The translations under genes and the position numbers were made by a program. The notes beneath the pieces are model-generated. The model worked only from the letters and a program-made list of their open reading frames with translations, searched no databases and was not told the origin of the DNA. Below, one piece after another: positions 10,277-20,126 of a DNA stretch of 64,000 nucleotides (within the stretch, counting starts at the first letter, position 1; the number at the start of each line of letters is the position of its first letter). The stretch spans positions 5,958-69,957 of the IMG/VR virus record IMGVR_UViG_2568526014_000001; one strand, written 5' to 3'. The DNA is from a virus. Taxonomy: Duplodnaviria > Caudoviricetes.

Positions 10277-10722
10277 AGCGCTCGACCCCGCTGCAGCGGA
10301 AGAAGCCACTCAACCGTGGCTCCTGGTCTCGGAAGAATGCGCCGCTGCCGGAGCAGTCACCGCAGCGCAAGCGTATGAATTCCCGGCCGCGTCGGCCGAC
10401 GGTCGCGGAGGGTTCGAAGTACTTGGACGCGTGCCGTGGCGAACCTTGCTACCTGCAAGTTCCGGGCGTCTGTCGGCTCAATCCGCAGGACAGGACCGTC
10501 GTGCCATGCCACTCGAACCAATCCCGCCATGGGAAGGCTGGTGCGCTCAAGGCGAAGAACGAGTTCACGGTGCCTGGTTGCACGGCTTGCCATGCATGGA
10601 TCGACCAGAACCGGGTCGGCACGCCGCGTCAGGAGAAATTCGACGTCTGGGACGCCGCGTTTGCCGCATGGGAACCGGTCCGGGCTCGCAAGATGGGACG
10701 GGAGGCTGTATGCGCCCTCTGA
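10273..10722 (+). CDS. DUF1364-like / HNH-like nuclease domain protein
   Basis: CRGEPCYLQVPGVC...VVPCHSN...GCTACHAWID. Confidence 0.75.
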   Translation: MKRSTPLQRKKPLNRGSWSRKNAPLPEQSPQRKRMNSRPRRPTVAEGSKYLDACRGEPCYLQVPGVCRLNPQDRTVVPCHSNQSRHGKAGALKAKNEFTVPGCTACHAWIDQNRVGTPRQEKFDVWDAAFAAWEPVRARKMGREAVCAL

Positions 10723-11057
10723 CGATGCTGGTTGAGGTGCCGACAGGCGGCGTGATCCGGCCGCGACGCTTCGGCAAGCGGCACCTGATCGATGAGCGAA
10801 CCAAGTCCATCGAGACGAGGGTGTTCGCGGTCAGGCGCCTGTTGGGTGGCGGCTCGGGGACGGCACAACACGTCGAAGTCGAGGCGTACATCCCGGAGCG
10901 TCATCGAGCGGGCTTGTCCACGTGCGATCCGAGGTGGGTAGCGCCCGGCGTCCTGCGCACCAAGGCGTACCTGCATTCGAACTACCGGACGATCGAGCGC
11001 TTCTTTGCGAGCGGGTTGAGCGAATGGCTGGATCCCGAGCGGGTGGCGAACCGATGA
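10710..11057 (+). CDS. hypothetical protein
   Basis: Coupled ORF, RBS GGAGG. Confidence 0.55.
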   Translation: MRPLTMLVEVPTGGVIRPRRFGKRHLIDERTKSIETRVFAVRRLLGGGSGTAQHVEVEAYIPERHRAGLSTCDPRWVAPGVLRTKAYLHSNYRTIERFFASGLSEWLDPERVANR

Positions 11058-11293
11058 GCGCGCATCTCTACTTCTACATGAGCGACGTGCCGGACGCGAT
11101 CTCCGCTACCGCTGTCCGGCGGACCGAGGCGCGGACGGGGCGCAGGCTGATCAGCTTTCCCGGTTGCGCGGTGGGCGGTGTCGAGTCGGAGCGCGGCGAG
11201 GTGGAGATGCCGCTGCCGCGCGCGGGCGACGTGGCAGCTTGGGTGGTGAACTGGTTGATGTACTGGGGAATCCCATTCTGCGTGCTGCCGTAG
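11054..11293 (+). CDS. hypothetical protein
   Basis: ATGA overlap with previous ORF. Confidence 0.55.
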   Translation: MSAHLYFYMSDVPDAISATAVRRTEARTGRRLISFPGCAVGGVESERGEVEMPLPRAGDVAAWVVNWLMYWGIPFCVLP

Positions 11294-11345
11294 CAACTGT
11301 TGAGGCGATGGGCACACGACGTCGGCAGGAGGGTTGGAGAGCGAG

Positions 11346-11975
11346 ATGACGAAGGCTAGGGTGGAGAAGACGTCGCCGGCCACGCGCCGGGAGCAGGCAG
11401 CCATCGTGAGGACGATTGGCGCCCGAATGAAGCAGGCACGGGAGCTGTGCAACTTGTCGCAGTCGGTCGCGGCCCGTCGGCTCGGCTACGCCAACTCCTC
11501 GAAGCTGTCGAAGATCGAGGGCGCGATGGATAGCCTGAGCGTGCCGCTCTGGCTGATTCTCCGGGCTTCCAAGGTGTACGAGGTGTCCGTCGATTTCCTG
11601 TTCGGCGCGAGTGACGACTGGGATATCGGGACGCGGATGACGCGCGAGCGCGAGGTGTCGGTCTGGCTATGGGAAGCCATGGAAAAGGCGCGCCTGCGCG
11701 ACATGGAGGCCTTGCGGCGCTTGCACGACAAGGTGGCGGCGATGGAGGAGGGTATGGGCCTCGCCTTGGCCACCTCGCAGGACGTGAGTGCCGCGCTCGC
11801 CCGCTTCGTGGAGTTGAATCCCGAGTTCAACGAGATGCGCGCGGGGAGCCGTCTGGTCGGTGCCGTGGACCGGGCCAGCGAGTCGGCCGCGCACGTCAAG
11901 GCGCGGATGGATCGTTTCCGGGTGGAGTGCGCGCTGGCGGCTGCGGATACCCACCAACTGAGCTTGGCGTTGTGA
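11346..11975 (+). CDS. XRE-family HTH regulator
   Basis: IGARMKQARELCNLSQSVAARRLGYANSSKLSKIEG. Confidence 0.8.
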   Translation: MTKARVEKTSPATRREQAAIVRTIGARMKQARELCNLSQSVAARRLGYANSSKLSKIEGAMDSLSVPLWLILRASKVYEVSVDFLFGASDDWDIGTRMTREREVSVWLWEAMEKARLRDMEALRRLHDKVAAMEEGMGLALATSQDVSAALARFVELNPEFNEMRAGSRLVGAVDRASESAAHVKARMDRFRVECALAAADTHQLSLAL

Positions 11976-11984
11976 GGAAAGAGG

Positions 11985-13262
11985 ATGGCAGCAAAACCGA
12001 AAATGTCCCCGGAGCAATGGGCCGCGGTCCGGATGCATTGGGAGCTCGACCCGCGAGCCGGATACGCCTGGTTGGTCGAGGAACTGCATCTACCGGTGTC
12101 TGCGCCGGCCGTGCGCAAGGTTTCGCTGCGCGATGCGTGGGCTAAGCGCGTGGATGTGAGCACGGCGCCGGCAGCCGGCAAGAAGATGGCTCGGAGTGCC
12201 GCCACATCTCGGTCAGACGCTAGAGCCAGCGATTCGCGCGAGGACGAATTCGAGATCGGAAGCGTGTCGGTCAAGGTTTCTAGAAACCATCGCGCCGAAA
12301 CGGCCGAGCGTAAAACACGGCAAGGACGGGAAACCATGCCCAGGCGCGAAACCATGCCCAGGCGCGAAACCATGCCTCTGACCACGGTCGAGGCGGTGGA
12401 ACGCGATCCTGACCAGTTCGGGGTGTTCGCTGAACTGAGCGACATGCAGGAGCTTTTTGTTCGCGAATACCTGATCGACCTGAACGGGAAGGCGGCAGCA
12501 ATTCGGGCGGGATACAGCGCGCGCTCCGCGGAAACGCAGGCCTCTCGGCTGTTGAGCACTGAAAAGGTGCATGACGCGGTGGCTATGCAACTTTCCATCC
12601 GGGCCAAGCGTCTCGGGATTGACGCCGACGAGGTGATCCGCATCTGGGTGACGATCGTCAACCTCGACTACAACGAGTTCTCCCAGCTGCGCCGCGTCTG
12701 CTGCCCATACTGCTGGGGCGAGGGCCACGCGCGGCAGTACACGCCGTCTGGCCTGCAGGAAGCAATACAGAAGCACGCCCGCGAGCGCGCGCGTCGGAAG
12801 AAGGCGGACGCCACGGACGACATCGGCGAGTTTCCGGAATACACCGACGCTTGGTACGACAAGCGCAAGGCGCCGCACGAGGACTGCCCGGAGTGCCACG
12901 GCCGCGGTATCGAGGAGGTGTTCTTCAACGACACCCGCACCCTCTCGCCAGCGGCGCGCCTCGCCTACTGCGGCGTCAAGGTGGGCAAGGAGGGCATCGA
13001 GGTGCTGACGCTGTCCAAAGAGAAGATGCTGGAGAACCTCGCCCGCGCGCTCGGCTTGTTCAAGGAGAAGGAAGCCGAGGTAAACATCAACCTGGTGTCG
13101 GGGGACGAGCTCTATCGCGTCTACGACGAACGGATGCGGTCTGCCCGAGCCAGGCAGGCGGCCGTGCTGGTTGAGCGCGGATTGACTGCGGAGACGGTCG
13201 AACCGATCTCGGTGGTGGCCAGCCGCGCCGGCGCACAGGACGATGACCTGACGGGCGACTGA
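11985..13262 (+). CDS. terminase small subunit
   Basis: FVREYLIDLNGKAAAIRAGYSARSA motif, Zn-ribbon CCPYC/CPEC; directly before terminase large. Confidence 0.85.
   Translation: MAAKPKMSPEQWAAVRMHWELDPRAGYAWLVEELHLPVSAPAVRKVSLRDAWAKRVDVSTAPAAGKKMARSAATSRSDARASDSREDEFEIGSVSVKVSRNHRAETAERKTRQGRETMPRRETMPRRETMPLTTVEAVERDPDQFGVFAELSDMQELFVREYLIDLNGKAAAIRAGYSARSAETQASRLLSTEKVHDAVAMQLSIRAKRLGIDADEVIRIWVTIVNLDYNEFSQLRRVCCPYCWGEGHARQYTPSGLQEAIQKHARERARRKKADATDDIGEFPEYTDAWYDKRKAPHEDCPECHGRGIEEVFFNDTRTLSPAARLAYCGVKVGKEGIEVLTLSKEKMLENLARALGLFKEKEAEVNINLVSGDELYRVYDERMRSARARQAAVLVERGLTAETVEPISVVASRAGAQDDDLTGD
12275..12376. repeat. GAAACC repeat cluster (14-bp palindrome plus 18-bp tandem repeat), candidate pac site
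   Basis: GGTTTCTAGAAACC 12275-12288; GAAACCATGCC at 12330, 12348, 12366. Confidence 0.5.
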
Positions 13263-14845
13263 TGGCGAGGCAGCCGCGCAAGAAGAACAGGAACCTGCTC
13301 GAGGATCCCCGCTATGGCGACTTCGTCGAGCGGTACCACGCCAATCCGCAGCTGTTCGCGGTGGAGGTGACCGGCTTCGAGCCGAGCGCCGACCAAGAGG
13401 CGCTGTTCCGCGAAATCACCGACCCCGACGCCAAGGTGTCCGTGGTCTCCGGCACCGGCACGGGCAAGACCGCCGCATTCGCGCGGATCGCGCTGTGGCA
13501 TCTGCTCTGCTTCCCGGTGGCGGTCTACGACGGCAAGGTCGAGGTGGGCAGCAACACCTACATCGGTGCGCCGTTCATCCAGCAAGTCGCGGACGGTATC
13601 TGGAAGGAGATGCAGGATGCGCGGATCGCGATCGCCAGCGGCGCGCACGCCTGGATCAACGACTACTTCACGATCACCAAGACGCGGGTCCACGTCAACA
13701 ACTACGCCGAGCAGTGGTTCATCACGCAGATCGCGATGAAGAAGGGCGAGGCCATCGGCGTGGCGGGGAAGCACCGCTACTGGCAGCTCATCATCATCGA
13801 TGAGGCGGCCGGCGTGCCGGACGGACACTTCGATGTGATCGACGGCACCCAGACGCAGCCCGGAAACCGGACGCTGATGGCGTCGCAGGGGGCGCGCAAC
13901 GCCGGCCGGTTCTACGACTCGCATCACACGCTGAAGCTCGAGAACGGCGGCAGCTGGCGGGCGCTGCGGTTCAACTCCGAGTATTCACCCTTCGTCACCT
14001 CGAAGTGGCTGCGCGACCGCGCGGACGAGAGCGGCGGCCGGACATCGGTCGAGTATCAGATCCGGGTGCTCGGGCTGTTCGCCCAGAGCAGCAGCAACGT
14101 CCTGCTGATGCGTGCCGACCTGGAAGCGGCGTTCGAGCCGCGGAAGATCATAGGAGACGATGAACCCTTCGGCCTGATTGTGCTGTCCGACGTCGCCCTG
14201 GGCGAATATCGGGACGATTCGGTCGCAGTGGTGGCCAAGATCATCGGCGATGCCGACACCGGGCCGGACGCGCGCCGGGTGGAATACATCGAGATCCCGA
14301 TCGCGGCCAACGACAAAAACGAAATCGACCTGGCCGGCGATCTGGTGAACCTGGTAGGCAAGCTGTCGAATGCCACCCTCTACGTAGATGCTGGTGGCGT
14401 CGGCGTGACCGTCTGCAAGCTGATCGAGCGATCCGGCGCGACGGTGAAGCGGGTGAACTGGGGCGCGCCGTGCTTCAAGAACGAGTACAAGACCCGGTTC
14501 TATAACCTGCGAGCCTGCGCGATGGTGCGCTTCCGCGATGCGATTCGGCAGGGACGGGTGGTGCTGCCGCAAGGCATAAGCAAACGATTGCGTGAGAAGA
14601 TCATCGACCAAGGCTCGAGGCTGCCGTACCACTTCAGCGAGGCGGGTGGCTTGCGCTACGTGATGATGGCGAAGGAGGAGATGCGTCGGCAGGGGATCAA
14701 GTCGCCTGACTTGATTGACGCCATGAGCTTTGCCTTCCTCGAGAACGTCGCCTACGTTGCGTCAGGTGGCGCTGAGAATGCGCTCGGCGGCCTGACCGAT
14801 GCTGTCGTGCAGCAGACAGAGGCGATATTCGCTGATTTGGAGTGA
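13262..14845 (+). CDS. terminase large subunit (P1 PacB-like)
   Basis: Walker A SGTGTGKT, Walker B IIIDEAAGV, nuclease motifs SDVA and KSPDLIDA. Confidence 0.9.
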   Translation: MARQPRKKNRNLLEDPRYGDFVERYHANPQLFAVEVTGFEPSADQEALFREITDPDAKVSVVSGTGTGKTAAFARIALWHLLCFPVAVYDGKVEVGSNTYIGAPFIQQVADGIWKEMQDARIAIASGAHAWINDYFTITKTRVHVNNYAEQWFITQIAMKKGEAIGVAGKHRYWQLIIIDEAAGVPDGHFDVIDGTQTQPGNRTLMASQGARNAGRFYDSHHTLKLENGGSWRALRFNSEYSPFVTSKWLRDRADESGGRTSVEYQIRVLGLFAQSSSNVLLMRADLEAAFEPRKIIGDDEPFGLIVLSDVALGEYRDDSVAVVAKIIGDADTGPDARRVEYIEIPIAANDKNEIDLAGDLVNLVGKLSNATLYVDAGGVGVTVCKLIERSGATVKRVNWGAPCFKNEYKTRFYNLRACAMVRFRDAIRQGRVVLPQGISKRLREKIIDQGSRLPYHFSEAGGLRYVMMAKEEMRRQGIKSPDLIDAMSFAFLENVAYVASGGAENALGGLTDAVVQQTEAIFADLE

Positions 14846-15259
14846 TCCTCGTGTCGACGACGCTGGCTCGGCCTACTGCGGCCCTTCTTCAGTCTCTACA
14901 ATTGCGAACGAGGGGCGTGGTGCCGCGCTACGGCTATCGGTCACAACTATGATCACAATGGATGCTTTCGACTACGGACAACAGTACGTCCGAAGAACCA
15001 GTTGATTACGGTGGCTCCTGCCGAACTGCGATTGGATGAAAATTCCGCACGCTACACAACTCAGCTGCCGCGATGCGCTAGTTGTGTCGACTACTCACGA
15101 TCTATGTTGAATGGCGTTTCGCGACGATTTTCTGGTTTCCAGAGTTGACTGTCACCGCCTATCTTGAAGCACGCGATGCGGAGCCTGCGTGCTTTATAGC
15201 CGAGCGAGTGTCACTTGCGACGCAATCTTTACTTTCGGGATGCCACATCATTCTCTATC

Positions 15260-16027
15260 TCATGTCTGTGCGAGCTTTCGAAGTGTGGTCCGATATTTTG
15301 ATATGAAATAATCTGCCGGTCTTTCATTTGCATGGAACATCGTTGAGTCGATACCATTATTTTCAGTGAGGTCACACGCTTCACGCACATCCTTTACAAC
15401 TCTACGCGACGCAGTAGCGCCGTCTCGAGGGTAGGGAATTTTTATGACGCGCTCAGACGGCTCCCTTCGATAAGATGGCTGCCGCACAACATCGATCATG
15501 TTGCCGAACGGATTTTCAAGAGAAAATCCATACCTATTTAGAATCGATTTAAGTTCGCGATACGTAAGCAGCTTATCTTGACGATTAATGCGGCGAGTTG
15601 CGTCTCTAAGCCATCGAGAAATACCTTCTACTTCGATATCGGATTGATCTCCTTTGTTGCTAGATCGAAAACCATGGCCGGCGACTCGAACCATAAGCGT
15701 GTAAAGATGATCTTGAGTGACATGAGACTTCATCATTAGATCATTCCGATCCAGATGGCACAGAGTCGCAACCAGCGCAGTGCGTTTGTTGCCGTTAAAA
15801 AATGGATGGTTGCAGCAAACTCCGTAGCATAGAGTTGCTGCATTTAGGTAAGGAGTATTGTACTTAAGTTGACCATCGAAACCGGCCTGCTGACGAGATG
15901 CAGCAGATTCTAGCAGATGTGTCGAGCGCACACCCGGCGGACTTATAGGGTCACCGCTATCAAGAAAATCAGCCGTTAGGATTTCGTGAATATCTTTAAG
16001 TTCTACTGGATGAATGTATTTTATCAT
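15260..16027 (-). CDS. Doc/Fic-family toxin with C-terminal HicA-like extension
   Basis: HPFFNGNKRTA Doc-type motif; AT-rich; C-terminal LTYRELKSILNRYGF...IKIPYP. Confidence 0.85.
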   Translation of the reverse strand: MIKYIHPVELKDIHEILTADFLDSGDPISPPGVRSTHLLESAASRQQAGFDGQLKYNTPYLNAATLCYGVCCNHPFFNGNKRTALVATLCHLDRNDLMMKSHVTQDHLYTLMVRVAGHGFRSSNKGDQSDIEVEGISRWLRDATRRINRQDKLLTYRELKSILNRYGFSLENPFGNMIDVVRQPSYRREPSERVIKIPYPRDGATASRRVVKDVREACDLTENNGIDSTMFHANERPADYFISKYRTTLRKLAQT

Positions 16028-16670
16028 TGCTGTATTGTCAGAGTCGAAGATGCCATAAATTCGCTATAAAACTACGGTGGATTTTTTTAAATCTAAACGT
16101 GATCCTAGAAATTTGTTAACCATCTGAGCGGTCTGCTTTGGTCTTAGTGCGGTGTGGAATTTAGAGATCTTATCTCTATATGTTGAGGTGGATGGATGTG
16201 GAGCGGAAGTTATTTATTAGTTGTTCGCTCGTCCTTGGTGGAAGGTTGAAATGTCCTTGCGTATTTTGTTAATGCGGTGATGGCGCTGGCGCTGCAAGGC
16301 TACCATGCGAATTTATCGCCAGATATTCTCGTAAACAATGACTGAGTCGGTGGCTGGTGTGATGCCGAGGCGGAACTCAACTCGCACGGTCGACAAAAGT
16401 GGACTGTTTGGTGTAAATTTTTTACTAACTGTGCATCGCGCCCGGTATCACAATTCGGTTTTCCTGTGGTTTTATACGTATGAGTCTGACTTGCCGTTCG
16501 CCTGTATGGCGCTCTAAGACGAGAACTGCCAGTCGTACTGCGAAGAGCAATGGCTGTGCTTGACCGCTGCAAACTGCCATGGTCATATCTGCGTCTGGCC
16601 TGAGGCCTTTGAATAAGCTGCGGGTCGGGGGGCGGGCGTGGTTTCTAGTTCACTCTGGGCAGTCCACACC

Positions 16671-17297
16671 ATGGATGTTTCGTCAATCTGGAACACGAGC
16701 ACGGCAATCGTATCGGGGATCGCGGCGCTAGCCGGTGGTGCCATCGGGGCGTTGCTTAAGTGGATCGACGTTCGCCAAAAGCTCGCGACACTTAGCCGCG
16801 AGCTTCAGCAAGCGAAGGACGACGCAGAGTCCCGTCGGGCAGTCGACGTACGTGCCGCCCGCGACATAGCTCTCGGCCTGGAAGCGTTTGCTCTTGCTTG
16901 CTACGCGCTCCGGATCGAGAACGCGCGCGCGGACCGGGCAGGCGACGGCATCGATTTCGGCTTGCCGACACTCGGTCCCGGGGGCCGGGCAGGTAATAGT
17001 CGGGACGCGCTCGAACTGGAGTCGGCGTACAGCGACCTGGAGCAGCAGATCCGCGCCGCGAATGATCATATTGACGAAACCTATCGCGACACCTACAACG
17101 CTGGCCCGCAAAAAGCCCTTATGGTGCATGAGATAGTGGTCCTCGAAGTCGCCGCATTGGCCCTAAAGTTGGCCGCTCGCTATCGTGAAAGTTTTGGCGT
17201 TCCCCGTATGCCCTTGGGCCGGCGTGAGCAACGGATTGAGGAGGAGATTTTGTCGCGGGCAGCGAATGAGGATGCCGCATCGCCGGACGGACACTGA
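16671..17297 (+). CDS. hypothetical membrane-anchored protein
   Basis: N-terminal TM followed by coiled coil. Confidence 0.6.
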   Translation: MDVSSIWNTSTAIVSGIAALAGGAIGALLKWIDVRQKLATLSRELQQAKDDAESRRAVDVRAARDIALGLEAFALACYALRIENARADRAGDGIDFGLPTLGPGGRAGNSRDALELESAYSDLEQQIRAANDHIDETYRDTYNAGPQKALMVHEIVVLEVAALALKLAARYRESFGVPRMPLGRREQRIEEEILSRAANEDAASPDGH

Positions 17298-17383
17298 GAT
17301 GACCGCAATGCTCCATCAACTGACGGCGACGGCCGCGCAGGTGTTCCAGCCGATACCCGCGTCGGATACGGCGCCGGACAGCA

Positions 17384-17570
17384 GCCCGCTGGCGCGTGGT
17401 ACGGGTGCTGTTGCTTCTGATGGGCGACTCCGGCCTGCGCGTGTCGGAGGTGGCCGCGGCGAGGTGCAAGTAGTTGACGTGGCAACTGGGCAACGGCGAG
17501 CTGCCGGCGATCTAGTGGCTGCAGGTGATCGATAACGGCAGGAAGAGGCGCTTCGAGGTGCAGCTGCCGA
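17384..17570 (+). pseudogene. tyrosine recombinase/integrase fragment
   Basis: My translation: ARWRVVRVLLLLMGDSGLRVSEVAAARCK*LTWQ...AI*WLQVIDNGRKRRF, i.e. box I GLRxSE with two in-frame stops. Confidence 0.6.
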
Positions 17571-17923
17571 GCGTGGGCGCGCTACGGTTGCGCGCGGCGA
17601 ACAAGGCGACCGTGCCTGTTGCGTCGTTCGACTTCGAGAGTTATACCCTCTGGCACGAGCCCGAAGCAGACGGCTGGTCGCTGACCAACCCTTACGAGGT
17701 CGACAACTTTGACTTCCTATCGAGCGAGCACGACTTCAGCCAGCTGATTGACGCGGTTCGCTGCGGCCGCAGCCCTGTCCGGCCCGGCAGCGATTCGGAG
17801 GATGGTTCCGACGATCTCTCCGATATGGAATACCCGTATCGGGCACACGATATCGCTGGAACGATCGTGCGGCGTGCCGGTAACGTAATTCCAGTGTCGA
17901 CTTTACGGATCGATCCCCACTAA
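17525..17923 (+). CDS. hypothetical acidic protein (start uncertain; 5' end is integrase remnant)
   Basis: 132-aa ORF in frame with the integrase fragment. Confidence 0.35.
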   Translation: MIDNGRKRRFEVQLPSVGALRLRAANKATVPVASFDFESYTLWHEPEADGWSLTNPYEVDNFDFLSSEHDFSQLIDAVRCGRSPVRPGSDSEDGSDDLSDMEYPYRAHDIAGTIVRRAGNVIPVSTLRIDPH

Positions 17924-17938
17924 CGCCATGGAGACCAT

Positions 17939-18748
17939 GTGAGCGCCGATCTGATGTTCTCATCGAGCCAGCTCGAGGCTATTGCTCGAGCGTTGGGCCA
18001 CACGACGGACGGCCTTTCAGGGACTGAGATCGGGCGTTTGCTGGCCATGGCCCGGATCGACGATACTAATCCCGGGATTACGAAATGGATTCGGCTATTT
18101 AATGCGCTGGAAAACTGCCAGAATCGCCTGGGGCATCGGAGGTATGTCCTTGCGTTCATTCGGTTCGCAATGAAGCCTGATCGCTATGCTTACAATCCCG
18201 AGCGGTTCGAGCCGATGAGAGCGAACCTCAATCGATCGCTTGCGTTCGCCGGACTTCAGGTCCGGCAAAATGGTGAGTTAGTAGATAGCGAACGGGCATC
18301 CACGCTGCCTGATGCCATCCGCAGGGCTGACGAACTGCGTGCGGATCTAGCGGCCAGAGGTGTGCATGCCGATGTACTAGCGTTTTGCCGATCCGAGATC
18401 GTCGCCGATAACTATTTCCACGCTGTTTTGGAAGCAACAAAAAGCGTGGCGGCGAAGCTCCGCGAAAGAACCGGGCTAGTCGACGATGGAGCAGCGTTGG
18501 TTGACCGAGCGCTCGGAGGCAATCCTCCGATGCTTGCGATTAACGGATTGGCTGATGAAAGCCAAATCAGCGAGCAAAGGGGCTTCGCCAACCTAGTGAA
18601 AGGCATGTTCGGGATGTTCCGTAATACTACGGCGCACGCGCCTAAGCTCCTTTGGAGCATGAGCAAGCATGATGCCGAGGATCTATTGACTCTTGCTTCG
18701 CTAATTCACCGCCGCTTAGATGCGGCCACGATGCCCGCACGCATTTAG
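17939..18748 (+). CDS. TIGR02391-family protein (putative defence-associated)
   Basis: NYFHAVLEATKSV...DGAALV...EQRGFANLVKGMFGMFRNTTAH. Confidence 0.85.
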   Translation: MSADLMFSSSQLEAIARALGHTTDGLSGTEIGRLLAMARIDDTNPGITKWIRLFNALENCQNRLGHRRYVLAFIRFAMKPDRYAYNPERFEPMRANLNRSLAFAGLQVRQNGELVDSERASTLPDAIRRADELRADLAARGVHADVLAFCRSEIVADNYFHAVLEATKSVAAKLRERTGLVDDGAALVDRALGGNPPMLAINGLADESQISEQRGFANLVKGMFGMFRNTTAHAPKLLWSMSKHDAEDLLTLASLIHRRLDAATMPARI

Positions 18749-18784
18749 GAAAACGCTGATCTGGCCGGCCAAAGGAAACAAACT

Positions 18785-18997
18785 ATGAATCTGAGAGATG
18801 AACTTGGCATTGCACCCGCCAATGAGTTGCGCCACGTCGGTTCGCGCACGAAAGGCACCTTGGGGCAGACCGAGATCTACGAATACGAAGAGGTCACCCC
18901 CGATGGCAAAGTGATCGCAAAATACACCGTCACGGAGCATACGAACCTGCGCGGTCTCGATACGACCCGCACGGTCCAGAAGCAGGTCGTCGCTTAA
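18785..18997 (+). CDS. small hypothetical protein
   Basis: RBS AAGGA, 70 aa. Confidence 0.6.
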   Translation: MNLRDELGIAPANELRHVGSRTKGTLGQTEIYEYEEVTPDGKVIAKYTVTEHTNLRGLDTTRTVQKQVVA

Positions 18998-19101
18998 TCA
19001 ATCAGAAAATGCGCCGGCCTGGCCGGTCCGAGGGAACACGCGGGCCGCGCGTGCCTGCAGCAGGGAAAACGCCGGATCGGCCAGCCTCAAGGAACATATC
19101 C

Positions 19102-19317
19102 ATGAGCATATCGAAGGTAGACCACGGGATGAGATGGCTCGCGTTCGCGGTGATCTTCGCTGTCTTGGTTGCCGCCTTCATGCTTCGATACCAGTACGAA
19201 CGCGAGGGCACCGTCCGCGTCAATCGATGGACTGGAGAAAGGCAGGAGATTTGCGAACTTGTAGGTGATCGCTGGGCCTGGGTTGAGGATTGCTTCAACG
19301 CGCAGCACCGGCAGTGA
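19102..19317 (+). CDS. small membrane protein
   Basis: RBS AAGGA; TM WLAFAVIFAVLVAAFML; RVNRWTGE. Confidence 0.55.
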   Translation: MSISKVDHGMRWLAFAVIFAVLVAAFMLRYQYEREGTVRVNRWTGERQEICELVGDRWAWVEDCFNAQHRQ

Positions 19318-19342
19318 TGGTGAAACTATTCGGAAGGCGACC

Positions 19343-20101
19343 ATGACCGCCGTGCTTAACGGATACCTTCGCTTTGATCACGGCCGCTGGCACTATGAAC
19401 TGATCGAGGCGCTCGGGTGCTCGGAGACCTTGCAGGAATTTTGCCAGGATGAACAAGCCGTTCAAGCATACTTGCTCGGCGCCGATCGACCTCAGAAGAT
19501 CGATCGCGATGGACAGCTAACGGGAATAGATGACGCCGGTGTCTCGCGATTCGCGGTTCCGATAATGGGTTCCATTGAGATCGCAATCTCAGCCTATAAC
19601 AGGCAGCTCGTCGTCGTGGTTGTATCTATAACAGAAGCCGCGATCGCGGAGGCATTTCGGGTTCTATTCTCATATCGCCCCTTGGTCATGAAGGACCTCG
19701 AAAGCAACGATCAAAGCCTTCGCCTATCAGTGGGTCTGGAGGACCTAGTCGCGGCCAGCGACCTCCGATCGCTGTCTTCCAAGGTCATCGAGCGGGCCGT
19801 CTCCGCGGCAACGCAAGGCAACAAGCAATCCGTCTTGAAGCGGCTTGAACGGCTATTCAAGCGCAAACTTCCTAGTATCGTAAGGGACGGATATATAGCC
19901 TTGGTGGACCGGCGCAACCGCATCGTTCACGACAATTGGCGAGGAGATTTGTCTCGCCAAGAAGTCAGGGATTACTTTGATGTGGGGTGCGAGATCGTCG
20001 AGGAGCTTGGTAGATTCGTGTCGGCGCGATCGCTGCCGATTGACGATCCGATGCATCTATTTGACAACATGCCCAGCGAGCCCACCGAGGCCAGCGACTA
20101 G
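19343..20101 (+). CDS. HEPN-like protein
   Basis: Rx4H motif RNRIVH plus upstream ITEAAI helix; helical character. Confidence 0.6.
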   Translation: MTAVLNGYLRFDHGRWHYELIEALGCSETLQEFCQDEQAVQAYLLGADRPQKIDRDGQLTGIDDAGVSRFAVPIMGSIEIAISAYNRQLVVVVVSITEAAIAEAFRVLFSYRPLVMKDLESNDQSLRLSVGLEDLVAASDLRSLSSKVIERAVSAATQGNKQSVLKRLERLFKRKLPSIVRDGYIALVDRRNRIVHDNWRGDLSRQEVRDYFDVGCEIVEELGRFVSARSLPIDDPMHLFDNMPSEPTEASD

Positions 20102-20126
20102 GAAAATGCCGGATGCCCGGCGCTAG

